Origin: Phaeosaccion multiseriatum
Lineage: Eukaryota; Protista; Ochrophyta, other classes
Direction of reading: 5' to 3'
DNA: 64,000 nucleotides
Assembly: GCA_965112735.1 (NCBI GenBank)
Contig: OZ218953.1
Location: 558,001-622,000, forward strand
The stretch's first letter is position 1, and each line of letters starts with the position of its first letter. Under the pieces are notes generated by a model, which saw nothing but the letters and a program-made list of their open reading frames with translations, did no database searches and had not been told where the DNA came from. This document shows positions 11,749 to 24,434 of this stretch, piece after piece. A program made the position numbers and the translations under genes.

Positions 11749-12546
11749 CACACATGTGGTGCTGTTTGTTCCATCCTTATGTGCTGCTCCGCTACGAGGA
11801 CATATCACAGCAAGGGGCGGTGAAGAAAACCCTACGAAATGGTCACCACTTGCATCATTTACCCTGTCTGCGCTCGAAGACATGTAACAGCCCTTCTTCT
11901 CTCTCTCCTCCATCTCCTTCTTTCGCTTCTCTTCCTTCTCCGCTGGGAGCAGCAAATCCTCTTCAATTCCTTTCATTGCTGCACCAATCAACCGCAGCTT
12001 CCCTGTTTCTTCCTTCGTGTGCCGGCCTCGTCCTCCTCGATCTCTGTAAGCAGCAGCTTCTATACCCGCCTCCTGTTGCTCAAGTCCTGCTTAGCTGCCT
12101 GAATTGTTTCCGCTTCTCCTCCTGTGCTCCGGCGATTGTACCGCCGCAGCGGCTTGATCTGCCAGAGCACCGGCTTGTATCCAAGTCTCGTCGTCCCGAT
12201 CCATGTCATTGTCGTGGGTTTCTGTGCCTTCGCACTGCGCCAGAAATCTCTTCAGACTGTCACACGGGTGGTTTTGATTCCGCTACGAAGACATGTCACA
12301 GCTTTTCTTCTTCCTCTCCTCCATCTCCTTCTTTCGCTTCTCTTCCTGCTCCACAGAGTCTCCAACTCCTTTCATTGTTCTCGGTGTTTTTGTTCGGGGG
12401 ACAGATAATCGGGGACATAGCAAAATCTAGTGAGCTGAAACTAAAACTCAATCCTCCCCCCCCTTTTGTTCTCATCTCCTCGCCTCGAGAAAATACTTCA
12501 AAGAGAGAGAGAGCGAGATGCTTGTGCAAGGACTGTGCAAAATCCT

Positions 12547-15121
12547 ATGAGCAGCCACAACTCAAGCAGCGGCGGCTGCTGCGAGTGCAGCAGCAACAAC
12601 GAGCTCGTGAAGCAGCTGCTCTCTGAGCACGCCACCTCTTCCCCAGCGGTGTACGCTCTCCTCCTCGTGTCGTCGTGGTGCTTGAGCACCAGTACCAGCG
12701 ACGCGGGAGAGGAGCAGCAGGAGCAAGAGCAGCACTTGCGTACAATCTTGGACCTGATAGAGGCATGCCAACAGCCCCAGGACCTACGCCCTGTGCTGGT
12801 GAGCTGCGACTTCTCTCTTCCTTCGCATCGGCGGCTGCTGAACGAGGTTTCTCAAGCAGCTACCAAGGCAAGCTGTGGCAGCAGCAGTAGCAGCAACAGC
12901 AGCAGGTGCAGCAGCAGCGGCGGCAGGTCCTCTTTGGAAGTAGCAGCAGCACCATCACCAGGTCTCCCAAAGAATTGGACTCTGCTGCCCCCTGCCTCGT
13001 CCTTCACCGAGGGTGGCGAGTACGTGCAGGAGGCAGGCTCCCTTCTGCGCTGTCTCGCAGTGACGCAGCTGCCCGCCCTCGTCCTGCTGGACTCGGAAGG
13101 GCACCGCCTGGCTGTGTCAAGCTTCCCAGAAGAGGGAAGCAGTAGCAGCAGCAGCAGCAGCCGCAGCAGTAGTAGTAGTAGTGGTAGTGGCAGCAGCAGG
13201 GACGTTACTTGGAATAGCAACAACATATGTTGCAACAAAAGGAAGCGCCCCATCGTCGGAGGAGAAGGCGCCTACGCCAATCTCGTGCACCCGTTTTCGC
13301 GCCTGTGGCCCCAAATCTCGGTGTCATACGCTGCTCCTGCTCTTGCCCCTGTTGTTGCTGCAGCTGCGGCGGCTGCTGCTGTGTCCTGCTACCTGTCCGG
13401 CCTCGAGCGGAGCCGAAGCGTGCAGGAGGACTCCGACTCCAACGCACTGCGCAGCTTCAACTGTGCGGTGCGACTCGACCCCACCCACATAGACTCGAAT
13501 TTCAATGCCGGCGCCCTCCTCCTCACTGGCGGGCAGCCCCTCCTGGCGCTTCCCTTCATCGCTCGAGTGGCGGAGCTTGACCCCACGGACCAGACCGCGC
13601 ACAGCGTGCTCGGAGACGTGCTCTTTCATGCCGTGCCGGAGGTGAGTGGGTTGGAGAGTAGTGATGTAGTGTGCTTGGCACTCTCTGAAAAGATTTGCCA
13701 TGGTGAGATGAAGGAGGAAGGCACTGGTGCGTACCTCCCTCTACCTTCTTGAGAATCTTATTCGTCTTGCTTACGTGGTCAATTGTCTCGTCCCTTGCCC
13801 TCCCTCCTCTCCCTCCCTCCCTCCCACCCTCCCTTCCTCTCGCTCCCTCCCTCCCCAGGCTGTGGTGCTTGCCTACAGAGGCATCGTCGAGCGCCAGCCT
13901 CACAATGTCCGGGCGAAACACCAACTCGCCAAGCTCGCTGGTGAGGGGCCCATCGCCGTGCTGGGTGCAGAGAGGGCCTATGTGGCAGAGGTTTTCGATG
14001 GCCTTGCTGAGGGCTTTGAAGACAAGCTCGTCACTCACTTGGGCTATCGCGTACCCTGGCAACTCCTGGAGGCTGTGCAAGCAGTTGGGGATAGAGCAGC
14101 AGCAGTTGGTGATACAACAGGAGGAGTAGAAGCCTCGAGCTCGAGGAGGCCGCCTCACAACTGGCGGGTGCTGGACCTTGGATGCGGAACGGGCCTGTGT
14201 GGGAAGCTCTGGAGGGAGAGCCTTATCGCTCCAGACATGGACACAAGAGTGAACTCCGGAGTGGCAGGGGGTGGTGGTGTCAAAGGGGAGAAGGAGGACG
14301 GAACTACGGAGGTGGGAGGGGAGAGAGGAGCGGTGATGGGAGTGGATCTCTCCCCCAAGATGGTGGCCAAGGCGAGGGACACAAGGGCGTACTCCGAGCT
14401 GCTCGTTGCCGATATTCACGAAGCACTGTCGAGGGAGTGCAAGCATTGGGAGGAGCAGCAGCAGGAGCAGCAGCAGCAGCAGCAGCAGCAGGAGGAGGAG
14501 GAGAAGGAGGAGGAGGAGCCCGTCCTCGGACCATCCCTCCCGGTGCCCCTCTTCGGAGGACAGGCGTGTGAAGGTGACCGAGGCGGACAAGGGCGAGTGC
14601 CGGAGGGGGACTGCTCTCGTGGTGCTGGTCTGGACTTGATATTATCAGCAGACACCTTCATCTACGTCGGTGATCTCGAGCGCTGCTTCGACCTCTGCCA
14701 GCGGAGCATGCGGCCCGGAGCGCTCTTCGCCTTCTCTGTGGAGGACTGCGACGATGACGACGCAGAGCAGTTGATGATGCATCAGCAGCAGCAGCAGCAG
14801 CAGGCAAAGGCCGAGGGTTCCGGCCTCGTCGGGGTTGGCGGCGCTGCTCCTGTATCACCAACTGCTGCAACGACTGATGAAGGCATCTCTACTGCTGCGG
14901 CGATGGAGACAGCAGTGGAGGTGGAGGCTGCGATGAATTGCGTAGGTCTGGGCTACGCCCTTCTGCAGAGCGGCCGCTATGCCCACTCTTTGGCCTATGT
15001 GGAGCGCCTCTCCCGGGGGGCGGGCTTGATCGAGGCTTGGCGAGAGGCAGTGGTCGTGCGGAAGGAGCATGGGGCACCTATCAGAGGGCACGTCTTCGTC
15101 CTTCAGAAGGAATGGCAGTGA
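12547..15121 (+). CDS. TPR + class I SAM-dependent methyltransferase with degenerate nucleoredoxin-like N-terminus
   Basis: Exons 12547-13641 and 13859-15121. TPR (FNCAVRLDPTHIDSNFNAG). Methyltransferase motifs YVAEVFDGLAEGFEDKLVTHLGYRVP, VLDLGCGTGLCG, GVDLSPKMVAKA, DLILSADTFIYVGDL, GALFAFSVE and SGRYAHS match the bacterial-type TPR-methyltransferase family. Confidence 0.85.
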
Positions 15122-15218
15122 GTGAGTGAGTGAGTGAGTGAGTGAGGGTGTATGTGGTGTAGTGAAATGCATGTAGAGAGTTGAGCTGAGTTATTTAATG
15201 CTCCTAATGAACTTAAAT

Positions 15219-17933
15219 CTACCCTCCGCTGGGGGCCAACACGGACGATCTTCCCTCCCTCTCTTCTTGCTTGACTTGTGTCAGTATACGCAGTAAGTCA
15301 TTGAAAGATGCCCTCTCCCTGCCCTCTGCGCACGAGCGCTGAGAGAGGGCGTCCAGCCTCGCCAATGCCTCCTCCTTCCTGACTCTCCTATGCAGTACCT
15401 CCACGAGTGCCCCCCTGAGTCCGTCGCAGTCCAGCCAGTTCTTCTCTTGGAACGCCGCGAAGGAGTTGGCTGCCTGCGCCAGAAGCGCCGCCTGTGCGTG
15501 TGTGTGGGGGGGGGGGTCAAAATGAGGTTACAAAAGATACGTGTGCTACATTTGCGAGCTTTTGTTGTTGTTGGGCCAATAGGGATAACCGGCCATCCTT
15601 CCCGCGCCTTCCCTTCCCTTCCCTTCCTTCCCTTCGCTCCCTTCCCTTCCCTCAGCTTCCCTTCTCTTCCCTTCCCTCTCTCACGCACCTTCTCATCCTT
15701 CGCTGCCTCATCCTCGCTGTCCTCGGAGTCACAGCTTCCCTGCAATGAAGGGTCCTCCATGATGGGTAAGAGCTTCTCGGCCTCCGCACGAGCCGCCGCC
15801 GCTGCCGCCTTGTCGCGCTGTTTCTTGCGAAGGGCCTTGGCTTCACTGTAGGCCGCCTTACAGCGTGCCTGAATGGCCCTCTCCGCTTCGATTTCCGCCT
15901 CGTCACGTTCGTCTTCCACCGCGAATCGACTCTTCTGCTCCGCTCTCTCCGAGCGCCAATCCATCCAGGCGCGGAGTGCCTGTTGGCGAAGGACGCGAGG
16001 GAGAGGGGGAGAGACGCAGATAAGAGAGAGAGGGGGGGGTGCGTGTGTGTGAGTATGTGAGTGCGTGCGTCAAAGAGGGCGGGCCAACGTGTGCGAGTGA
16101 TCCCAACCCCCCCCCGCCCCCTCCTTACCAGCCTCACCTATCACACACGCACACACGCCCACACGCCCACCCACACACGCGCATTACGTAAGTCTTATGT
16201 GGATTACAGTAAGTCAACAGGCTCTCCCTCACCGACTCAAGATCCTCCCTTCCGTCTGCCGACAGCGGCGCGTGCTCCTCCCACACCCTCCTCAGCGACA
16301 TCTTCTCCACCACCGCCTGGCCGCTCTGCTCGGGAACGTTCTTCGTATACACCTCGGCACAGGGAGGGGGCGGACGCGAGTGCCAGGGGTGAACGTCGGT
16401 AGGTCCGAAGACTCCGCTGAACATGCCGTCTCCGGTGGTGGTGGGCTTAGCGCGGATGAAGCAGGTGTGGAGCTGGGAGCCCAGGTTCTGAGGAGGAGGA
16501 GGAGGAGGAGGAGGGGGAGGAGGAGGAAGAAGAAGAGTATAAGGGGGCCTTTGTTAGATGTACAGTGTCTAGTGCCCAGAGAGGCACCTACTTATGTGTG
16601 TGTGTACGTGTCGTGGGCGGTGTGAAGTGAGTGATTAAAGTGAATCCACAGCACCATGGACGCCCTCCCTCCCTCCGACACACCTCTGCGTTGCCCACAC
16701 ACTTGACAGGCGGGCTCCAGGACACGCTCCCTCCGTCGGCTTGCAGAAAGCCTGTCTGCTGCTGAAAGTCCTTCATGGCAGAGTCATCCCAAAGCTCCAG
16801 CGCGGATCTGGTCATATGGGACCGGAGGAGGGCGAGAGAGGGGTGAGGACGGCAAAAGGGGGTGTGGTGGTGGGCAGCGGGGCGCAAGAGGCCGTCTAAT
16901 GTGCGGTGGGACGGTAGCGAGGTGGAGGGGGAGGGGAGAATACCATGGTGGACGGTGGGAGGGTAGCGAGGGAGAGCGGCGGCGGTTGGGGCTTGAAAGA
17001 ACACGCAAGGTCCTACCCCTTCCGCCTTTCGACGCACCCACGCGCACACCCACGCACCCACGCACGCACGTACGCACGCACGTAGCCACTCACGCACACA
17101 CACGCGTGGCGCGCACGCTCTTACGCACTCACTCACTCTCTCACTCACCCATCTCGCCTACAAACGAAGAGGCGGGGCTGTATGGGGTTGTTAATGATGG
17201 CGTCTGCTTTCAGGTCTGGACCCTCGCCTGAAGGTCAGGTCAGGATAGGATGACGGAGGGATGGAGGGCAAGGGTTGAATTTCAATTGCATTGCGACGGC
17301 GGCAAGCAAGCACGCAAGCACGCAAGCACGCAAGGAAGCGATGAGCAAAGCGACATACACACTTTCGCCACACACCTGCCAGGTTAATATCGACCCCTTC
17401 CGACGGGTACTCCGGGGATGGCATGCGCCCCTTCTTGAGCGGCTCGAAACCGTCGTTCATAAAGCCGCGCTTGGTGAGGTCCACCACGAAACTGTTGCGA
17501 TCAAAGTCCTCCACCTCCATCACAGCCTCTCTGCAGCGGAAGCGGTACGTGCCTACGAGTCGGTCGGGTTCAGAGCGGTCGCTCGGCATGCGGCTGTTAG
17601 GGGTGGCGAGGATGCTGTGCACCGGTTGCCCTTCCCACAACTGGCTGGGCCGAATCACCACCAGGCCGGCGTCGTTGGCGATAATCTCCGTCTTGTCGGG
17701 AGCGATGTACACGACCCGGCCGCTCACTTGGGCCGTTGTCCGGGTATCGTAGGTAATGAGGGTCTGACCTCCGTTCGGTAGCGCCACTCTCTGCCTCACG
17801 CGATTGCCTCCTTTGGTAATGGCCACTCGCTTACCCCTTGCATGCTTGGCGGCGGTGTCATTCGTTTCCACATCCACCTCCACAGAGGCAAAACCCGGGG
17901 CCTCCACGAGCACAAAAGTGCCCTCCTCCTGCC

Positions 17934-17968
<35 letters not shown>

Positions 17969-20900
17969 TGCTGTGCCACCACCTGCTCCTGCTGCTGATG
18001 CCCCGTCCGCTGAATGGTACCGTCCACGTGCTCTGCCAGTGTGACCCCGTCTGTGAATCGCACAAAGACGGAGTTATCCCCTCGATGCCAGACCGTCGCA
18101 CCGACTTGCACGTCGCGCTCGATGGTACATGGCAGCCACTGGGCCTCAGGGAGCAACCTCCAGGTCAAAAGAGAACGTACCGTATCGTGTACCTCTCCCT
18201 CCCCCTCCCCGTCTTCCTCTCCCCCCCCCCCCGCCTCGCCACCCCCTCTATCCCCACCCTGTAGTACGTATCGCCTCCCGCGCTTATCGGTGAGGATAGT
18301 TTCCGAAACGGTTTCCATAACCGTGCCGGCGGTGCTGCTGCTGCTTATGGTGGTTCGCACGGAATCACCCGAGGCGAAGAGGGTCTCCGTTGAGCCATCC
18401 TTCAGTCGCTTCACCACGGTGCCCCGGCCTGTGATGGTACGGGAAATCTCGGTTTGGCCTGCTGCGCAAGATGAGGGGGGGGGAGGATCACTTTTCCCCG
18501 AGTGTCCGCCCGTTTCGCTAATGTACTCTTGCATGATGTTCCCGTTGCTGGAGTGGGTCACCAACAGGCCGTTGGGGAAGGTGAGACTGAGCTTAACCGT
18601 TCCAAACCCGTCGGGCTTTCCTCCTGTGCTGCCTGTGGTCGTTGTCGCCCCAGCTCCCGCCCCTTCTCCTCCTCCTCCTCCTCCTCCTCCTCCTGCTGCT
18701 GCTGCTGCTTCTCCCTCTACGGCCTCTCCCCTGACGGTAAGACGTAGACCATCCCGGAAGTGCATGACAAAAAGAGCGAGAAAGGCGTCAGCTACTCCTC
18801 CACACTGCAAGGAGGAGGAAGCAGCCGCCAAGCCAGCTGCCTTTGCCGCCGCCGTCTTGTCGCGCTGGTGCTGCTGCTTCGAAGGAGCCGCCGTAGAGAC
18901 TCTCCGAGCACCTTGCTGCGGCTTGCTTCCCTCCTGCTGCTGCCCCAGACCGCCGCCACCGCTGCTGCTGATGTCCGCTCCATCCGCGGACCCACCAGAA
19001 GAAGGTGATAACAAGGACAATGCCGACGCGGAATCCTCCGCCAGTCGGAGGCCGAAGTTGTGACCATTTTGAAACACATTGAGCCAGCGCGAGCCTGTCT
19101 CTCTCCCTCTCCACCCATTGAGATCGATGATGGAGTGGTCGGAGGGGAACAGCTTCACCTTCGTTTGGTTCAAACGGCGGAGATCGGCTGCCGAAATATC
19201 CATCATGGCCCCCATTGCGGCCAGGGTGCGCGGTGTGTATGAGGGGTCCTTCTTAGGAGCGAGAGTGAGCCACTCCACGAAGGCCGGGCGGTACTGAACG
19301 GTACCGTCTGAAGCATCCCAAGAGGCGATCTTTGCCCTTCCTGGGGGGATGGCGTGGTGCCAGGCAAGCAAGAGCTCGTCCGAGGGGGCGTAGTATCTGT
19401 GTGTACAGAGGGAGAGACGGGGGGGGGAGGGAGGGAGGGAGGGAGGGAGGGAGGGACAGAGAAGGAGAGGGGGATGGGACGAGAGGGCGTGAGAGAAGGA
19501 AGGAGGGAGTAGATAGATAGAGGCATACGGGCCATCGGATAGAGAGGCATATGGGCAAATCGCTAAGAGGCATATGGGCAGCAGGCATAGCACCTACCGG
19601 CGCAGGTAGAGCGGCTCCCGGAGGTTCTCCTCGCACAGGAGCTGCTTGAGCACATGCGGAGAGAGGTACTCGAACATTCTGCGAGAGCCGAAGGCCCACA
19701 GAGGGGGCGAACCTGCGCCTGCACCCGCTGTAGTCTTGTCTCTCTCCTTGCCCTTGTCCTTGTCCTTGTCCTTGTCCGACGACGGCGCCGAGGAGGTATC
19801 AGGAGCCTCACCACCCCTCTGGATCGCCCCACTGCCATTGGCACTGGTGTCAGGACTAGACTCGGTGTTATCGCCATTGTCTGCCATCATTTCCTCGAAG
19901 AGCAGGAGCTGTCTGTACCTGTGCACATCGTCGGGGCTCAGGGGACTAAACGTCATGAGCTCGGTTCGCTCGGTGCCTGTTACTTCCGGGGCCACCGACG
20001 GTTTCAGCGGCAGAGCACCTTGGCCGAGGAGCCGTGGGTGCTGCAATCCTTGAAACATTCGCCGCTCCAATCGCACGAGGGGCCGCACGTCAAGTCGCTT
20101 GATGCCGCTGCCCTTGTGGGAGGCCGCGCGATCGATGGCAGCTTGTGTCAGACGCCTTGCCGTTAGGTCACCGTGGTCCACTACCACATGCCGCTGCCTG
20201 TCAGGGAAAAGCACGCCGGCTTCCACGGTCGGACCACTTGGGCAAGACAGATCGAGTGGAGTGGCCTCCCCTCCTTCGCCGTAGGTCGTGGTCATCACCG
20301 CTTCCAGCATGTAGTGAAGCACCACCCCAGCGGAAGCCATCTCGGCAGGCACCCTTGCCATCAGCTCCGAGTACTGCCTCAAATTGGGGTGTGTGGCCCA
20401 ACAAGAGCCTTCTTGGTGGACGGGGAAGCTCCGCGTGTGGTGCATCGCCCGAGCGGCCTCCGTCGTCGCCAAGCCTAGGTTCATGGGGGAGTCCCTTCGC
20501 AGGTGCACGATCTCGGCGCAGCTGAACCATTGGGTGAAGTCACACTTGTCTGCCGCAAGCCCCGCCACCACGACCTTCACCTCCTCCGCCACCTCTTCAA
20601 AGGGCTTGCCCGGATCGTAGGGAGGTAAAGGTTTGTTAACGTCATCCTCCCCTCCCTCACCCTCCTCCAAAGCAGGAGCAGCAGCGGCTGTAGCGGCGGC
20701 GGTGGCTTCCTTCTTGCTCTTTGCTGCACCGGCCTTTCCTCCCTTGGTCGCTGCCTTGCCCGCCCCTGCGCCTTTGCGCGTCTGCCCCGCCTCTTCCGCG
20801 GCGCGCGCCTGGACCGTTCCGCGGCAGGTACACGTAGCAATTTAAGGGTGTAAAGATAAGACGGGTATATTTGGATGTGTTGTTTGGGAGGAGAGGGGAG

Positions 20901-23133
20901 GAGAGGAGAGAGGAGGGGGGGGGAGACGAGAGAGGAGCAGTTGCAGCAGCAGCAGCAGCAGCAGCAGCAGGGTTACAAAAAGGAGTGGGGTGCACAGCGA
21001 AGGAGGGACAAGACGATACAAAGCATGTGTGTGCGTGTGTGCATGTGCGTCTCCCTCTCTCTCTGTGTGTGTGTATGTGTGTACGCATGTCTATATGCCT
21101 CCCCCCCACCCTGCCCTCGTACCGCAGCTGCCTCCCTCGCCGCATCCCGCCGGAGCATCTCGTCCCTTCTCTCCCTCAACTCCTCCTGCTGCTGCCCCGC
21201 CGGCTTGTTCACCTCCACGAAGCAAAAGGACAAGTCTTGCATCACAGTCCCGCCTTTCTGCTGGGCGGCAATGAGCGTACCCGCGAGACCGGTGTGCGTC
21301 TTCGGCGGCATAACGGCGTCTGCCTTCACCTTTTGCCACCTGCTGCTGCTGGTCCTACGCGATGACTCAGGGGCCTTCGAGCTTTCTGCGGTGACCGGTC
21401 TGCTACCCCCTCCCCCTCCTCCCCCCCCCTCCCCCTCGGCGGTGGTGGTCGTACTTTCCGCCGAAGCACTTCCGATTCCGTCAACGATATTTGGGCGGCC
21501 AGCAGGCAGGGGAAGTGAGATGGCAGCGGAGGGGAGGAGGTTAGAGGGAAGAGGGGGGCAGAGGGACGAGAGGGGAGGGAAGGGAATGGATGGAGGGCCC
21601 AGGACAGAGGGAAGCGGGAAGATAGTAGGAGTAGGGTAAGCCGCCAAATGGAATGAATCATTTTGCTCATGCCACGGGCTATCCGCGACACTGTTCTAAC
21701 CCACCATCATACACATGACATACATACATACATACATACATACATACATACATACATACATACATACATACATACATACATACATACGTATATATACATT
21801 CATTCGTACATACATATATACATACATACACATACATACATACCTGTTCCCTAAGCTTTTCCCGGTTCCCGGCCCACTCTGAGCCCCACCGCCACCACTG
21901 AAGGGGTTGATCTCCTCCGCCACATCGACGGAGGTGAGTTGCAGCACCGCATCGAGCAGACTGAATGCCTGTTTGGCCTCTGTGCGTACTCCGTTGGATG
22001 ACGTGTGCGGGTGCTTGTCGTTCTGTGCAGTGAGCATCTCGTAAGTGGTCTCCAAGAGCTCCCTCGCCTCCGCCTCCGTGGCAGGGAAGCCCACCAGGAT
22101 GTAGACTTTGTCGGGCGCCGCTTCGCTGGGGTCGCTTTCTAGGAGCTGCACGGCTCTCATCTCCATGTTTCTTCTTTGCTCTTCCACCTGAGGGGTGAGA
22201 GGGGTGAGAGGGGCGAGGGGGGGGGGCCCGGGGACGGAGACCGAGAGAAGGTGGGAGAAAGGGGAGAGGGAGGCAGAGGCAGAGGGAGAGAGAGAGGGAG
22301 GGGAGAGGGAGAAAACCATACACATAGAAGGGAAGGAGGGGGGAGCAGAGAAAGAGAAAGGAGGCAGAGGAGAAGAGAAGTTTAGAGCAGGACAAAAGAA
22401 GGGGCCGAACGAAACGCTGCCACATGGAGAGCAAGCTTGTCAGCCGCCGAATGCGTTGGTGCCAGCACTGTCCCCACCCCCAGTTCACGCTATGCTGCAC
22501 CTTGAGAAGGAGCAGGGACTTTGGGTCTGGGTCTGAGGCTTCCTCTGGGGCGCGCTCCTCCTTCTCGCTGTCTATCAAGTCCTCTCCGTCCTCAGAGTCT
22601 CCCTGGGAGCTTGTAGTGAAGTGCTCCGCGAGGCTAGCCTGTCGCGAAGAGATTCTCTGTGAAGCATGTCGGCCCCCGCCTCCCTCGGGAGAGCTTTGCC
22701 GTTCAACTTGCATCCGAATGAAACGGCGGCGCTTGGCCACGAGGCCTTCGACTCTGTCTTGCTCCATCACGTGCTGCAGCGCTGAGGCCATGGATATCTT
22801 CTTGCCGCTGCTCTCTGACTTCTTCACGGTGGCAATGATGTCCGCCCTTGTCACCACTTTGTAAGACCCCCGCTCGTGCGGGGTGAGGGAACCACCCGTA
22901 GCCTGGTGCAGAGCAGGTGCAGAGGATCAGAGGTTAGTTGGCACAGTTGGCGAAGAAGATCAATTACTGCTCTTAGACCACTGTCAATAAGATACCAATT
23001 CCTCCTGCTTGTACCCACCTCGATCAGAGCCTGTTGCACGTCTGCCGTGCCTGGAGGGTAGTTAATGGTGAATGTGGAAAGAAGGGGGGAGGAGGAGGAG
23101 GAGAAGGGGGAGGAGCAGCAGCAACAGCAGCAA

Positions 23134-23190
<57 letters not shown>

Positions 23191-23414
23191 GCAGGCAGCC
23201 GGCAGCGGAGGTTAGAGTACAAAACTATGACCACCCCCTCTCAGCCACTCGGTTTGTATGTACCTGTCTGTCCCTCCAGAACCAAAGCAAACGTCCGCCA
23301 TTCCTCGAGGGCTCGCCGTGTGCGGGCCTCATCTGCATCGACAAACTGAAACGACGGCACTGGGGACGTCGGCCTTTGGACCGGCGCGTCCTCGTGCCCT
23401 ACGGGGCTGTCCAT
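15219..23414 (-). CDS. SPAG17/PF6-like flagellar central-pair-associated protein (~1850 aa)
   Basis: 12 exons joined in frame: 23414-23264, 23050-23019, 22902-22501, 22187-21844, ~21453-21123, 20808-19598, 19396-17376, 17227-17149, 16807-16684, 16487-16188, 15979-15689, 15491-15219. Recalled SPAG17-like motifs: YYAPSDELLLAWH, SRTITGRGTVVKRLKDGSTETLFASG, EDFDRNSFVV, PRLFVCRRDGSALEL. Confidence 0.65.
21719..21843. repeat. (TACA)n microsatellite, read (GTAT)n from the splice donor on the minus strand
   Basis: Directly visible; it begins at the GTATGT donor of a SPAG17-like intron. Confidence 0.95.
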
Positions 23415-24016
23415 ATTCACCCCAAGTCTCCCCCTTCTGGCCACCACCAACAAGGGATGAGAGACAAGGAGGAGGAGCTCAGAGCGAGCGTCTCGTTCAT
23501 CCGTGTGAAAATCAGTTACACCCAAACAAAGTGGTGGTACGAGAAAAGTTTACAAATCGTGATCCTACTCCTTTCCTCATTTACAATTTACCATGAGCCC
23601 TTTGTTATGCAGTAACATAACAGCAGGATGGTGCTCCTCCCTTTGTCTTTAGCTAGCAGGGGAGGGCCTTTCCCTGTCAGGCACAGGTGGATAAGAGTAG
23701 GAAACTGAACCTGAAACTGGCTGTGACGTCACTGCACATCACTCCTGGTGCTGAACTTCTGTCTTTCCGAACTCCGTCCGAGCTTGCCTCACGAGAGGAG
23801 GACGCTGGCGCACGAACGCGAACGGCGGAAGTGCTATGGAAAGACGAAGAGCATAAAGGTCTTGTAATCTTAATGACAACAACGCCAAACGCGAACACGA
23901 AAAACCATCCGCCCATCGCCTACATGCATGGCACCACTGTATGAGAGCAAACGGAAAGAAACCATCCCTGATGACGTAGAGGCTGCGACTTTCTCCCACT
24001 GTTCGACCTCATTCCC

Positions 24017-24402
24017 TCAGGCTTGCAGTGCCTGGTGTGAGAGTGATGGCATGGGCAGTCGTGCGGTGGCGAGCCGCTGACTTGCGCCTTCATCCAAAGC
24101 ACCCCTTTGCCACAGGTCATTGACCACCGACTGCAGTAAGCGCTGAGTCTCGCCCCCCGCACTCAGGGCGAGCACAAAGCCCGCTTGCGGCACTAGGCAG
24201 AGCTGCGAGAGGAGAGCTGCGAGATGAGAGTGACCGGGGCGGCCCGGTCCATGGGAACAGGGAACGGAACGATGGGGGAACGATGCGGGAACGATGCAGG
24301 GAGAAGCACGGGGTGTGGTAGAACGGGTGGAGGGGGTTAAATGGATGGATGGGTGGATTGACTGGTTGTTATTATACCGACCCCAATAGACCTACACACA
24401 CT

Positions 24403-24434
<32 letters not shown>

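Noticed and set aside
11424-12626. 400-aa plus-strand ORF
   Set aside because: It has a non-ATG start, runs through hairpin repeats, has no protein-like composition and overlaps the real gene out of frame.
23687-23944. 85-aa plus-strand ORF between two minus-strand genes
   Set aside because: GTG start, no motifs, and probably the 3' UTR/promoter interval.
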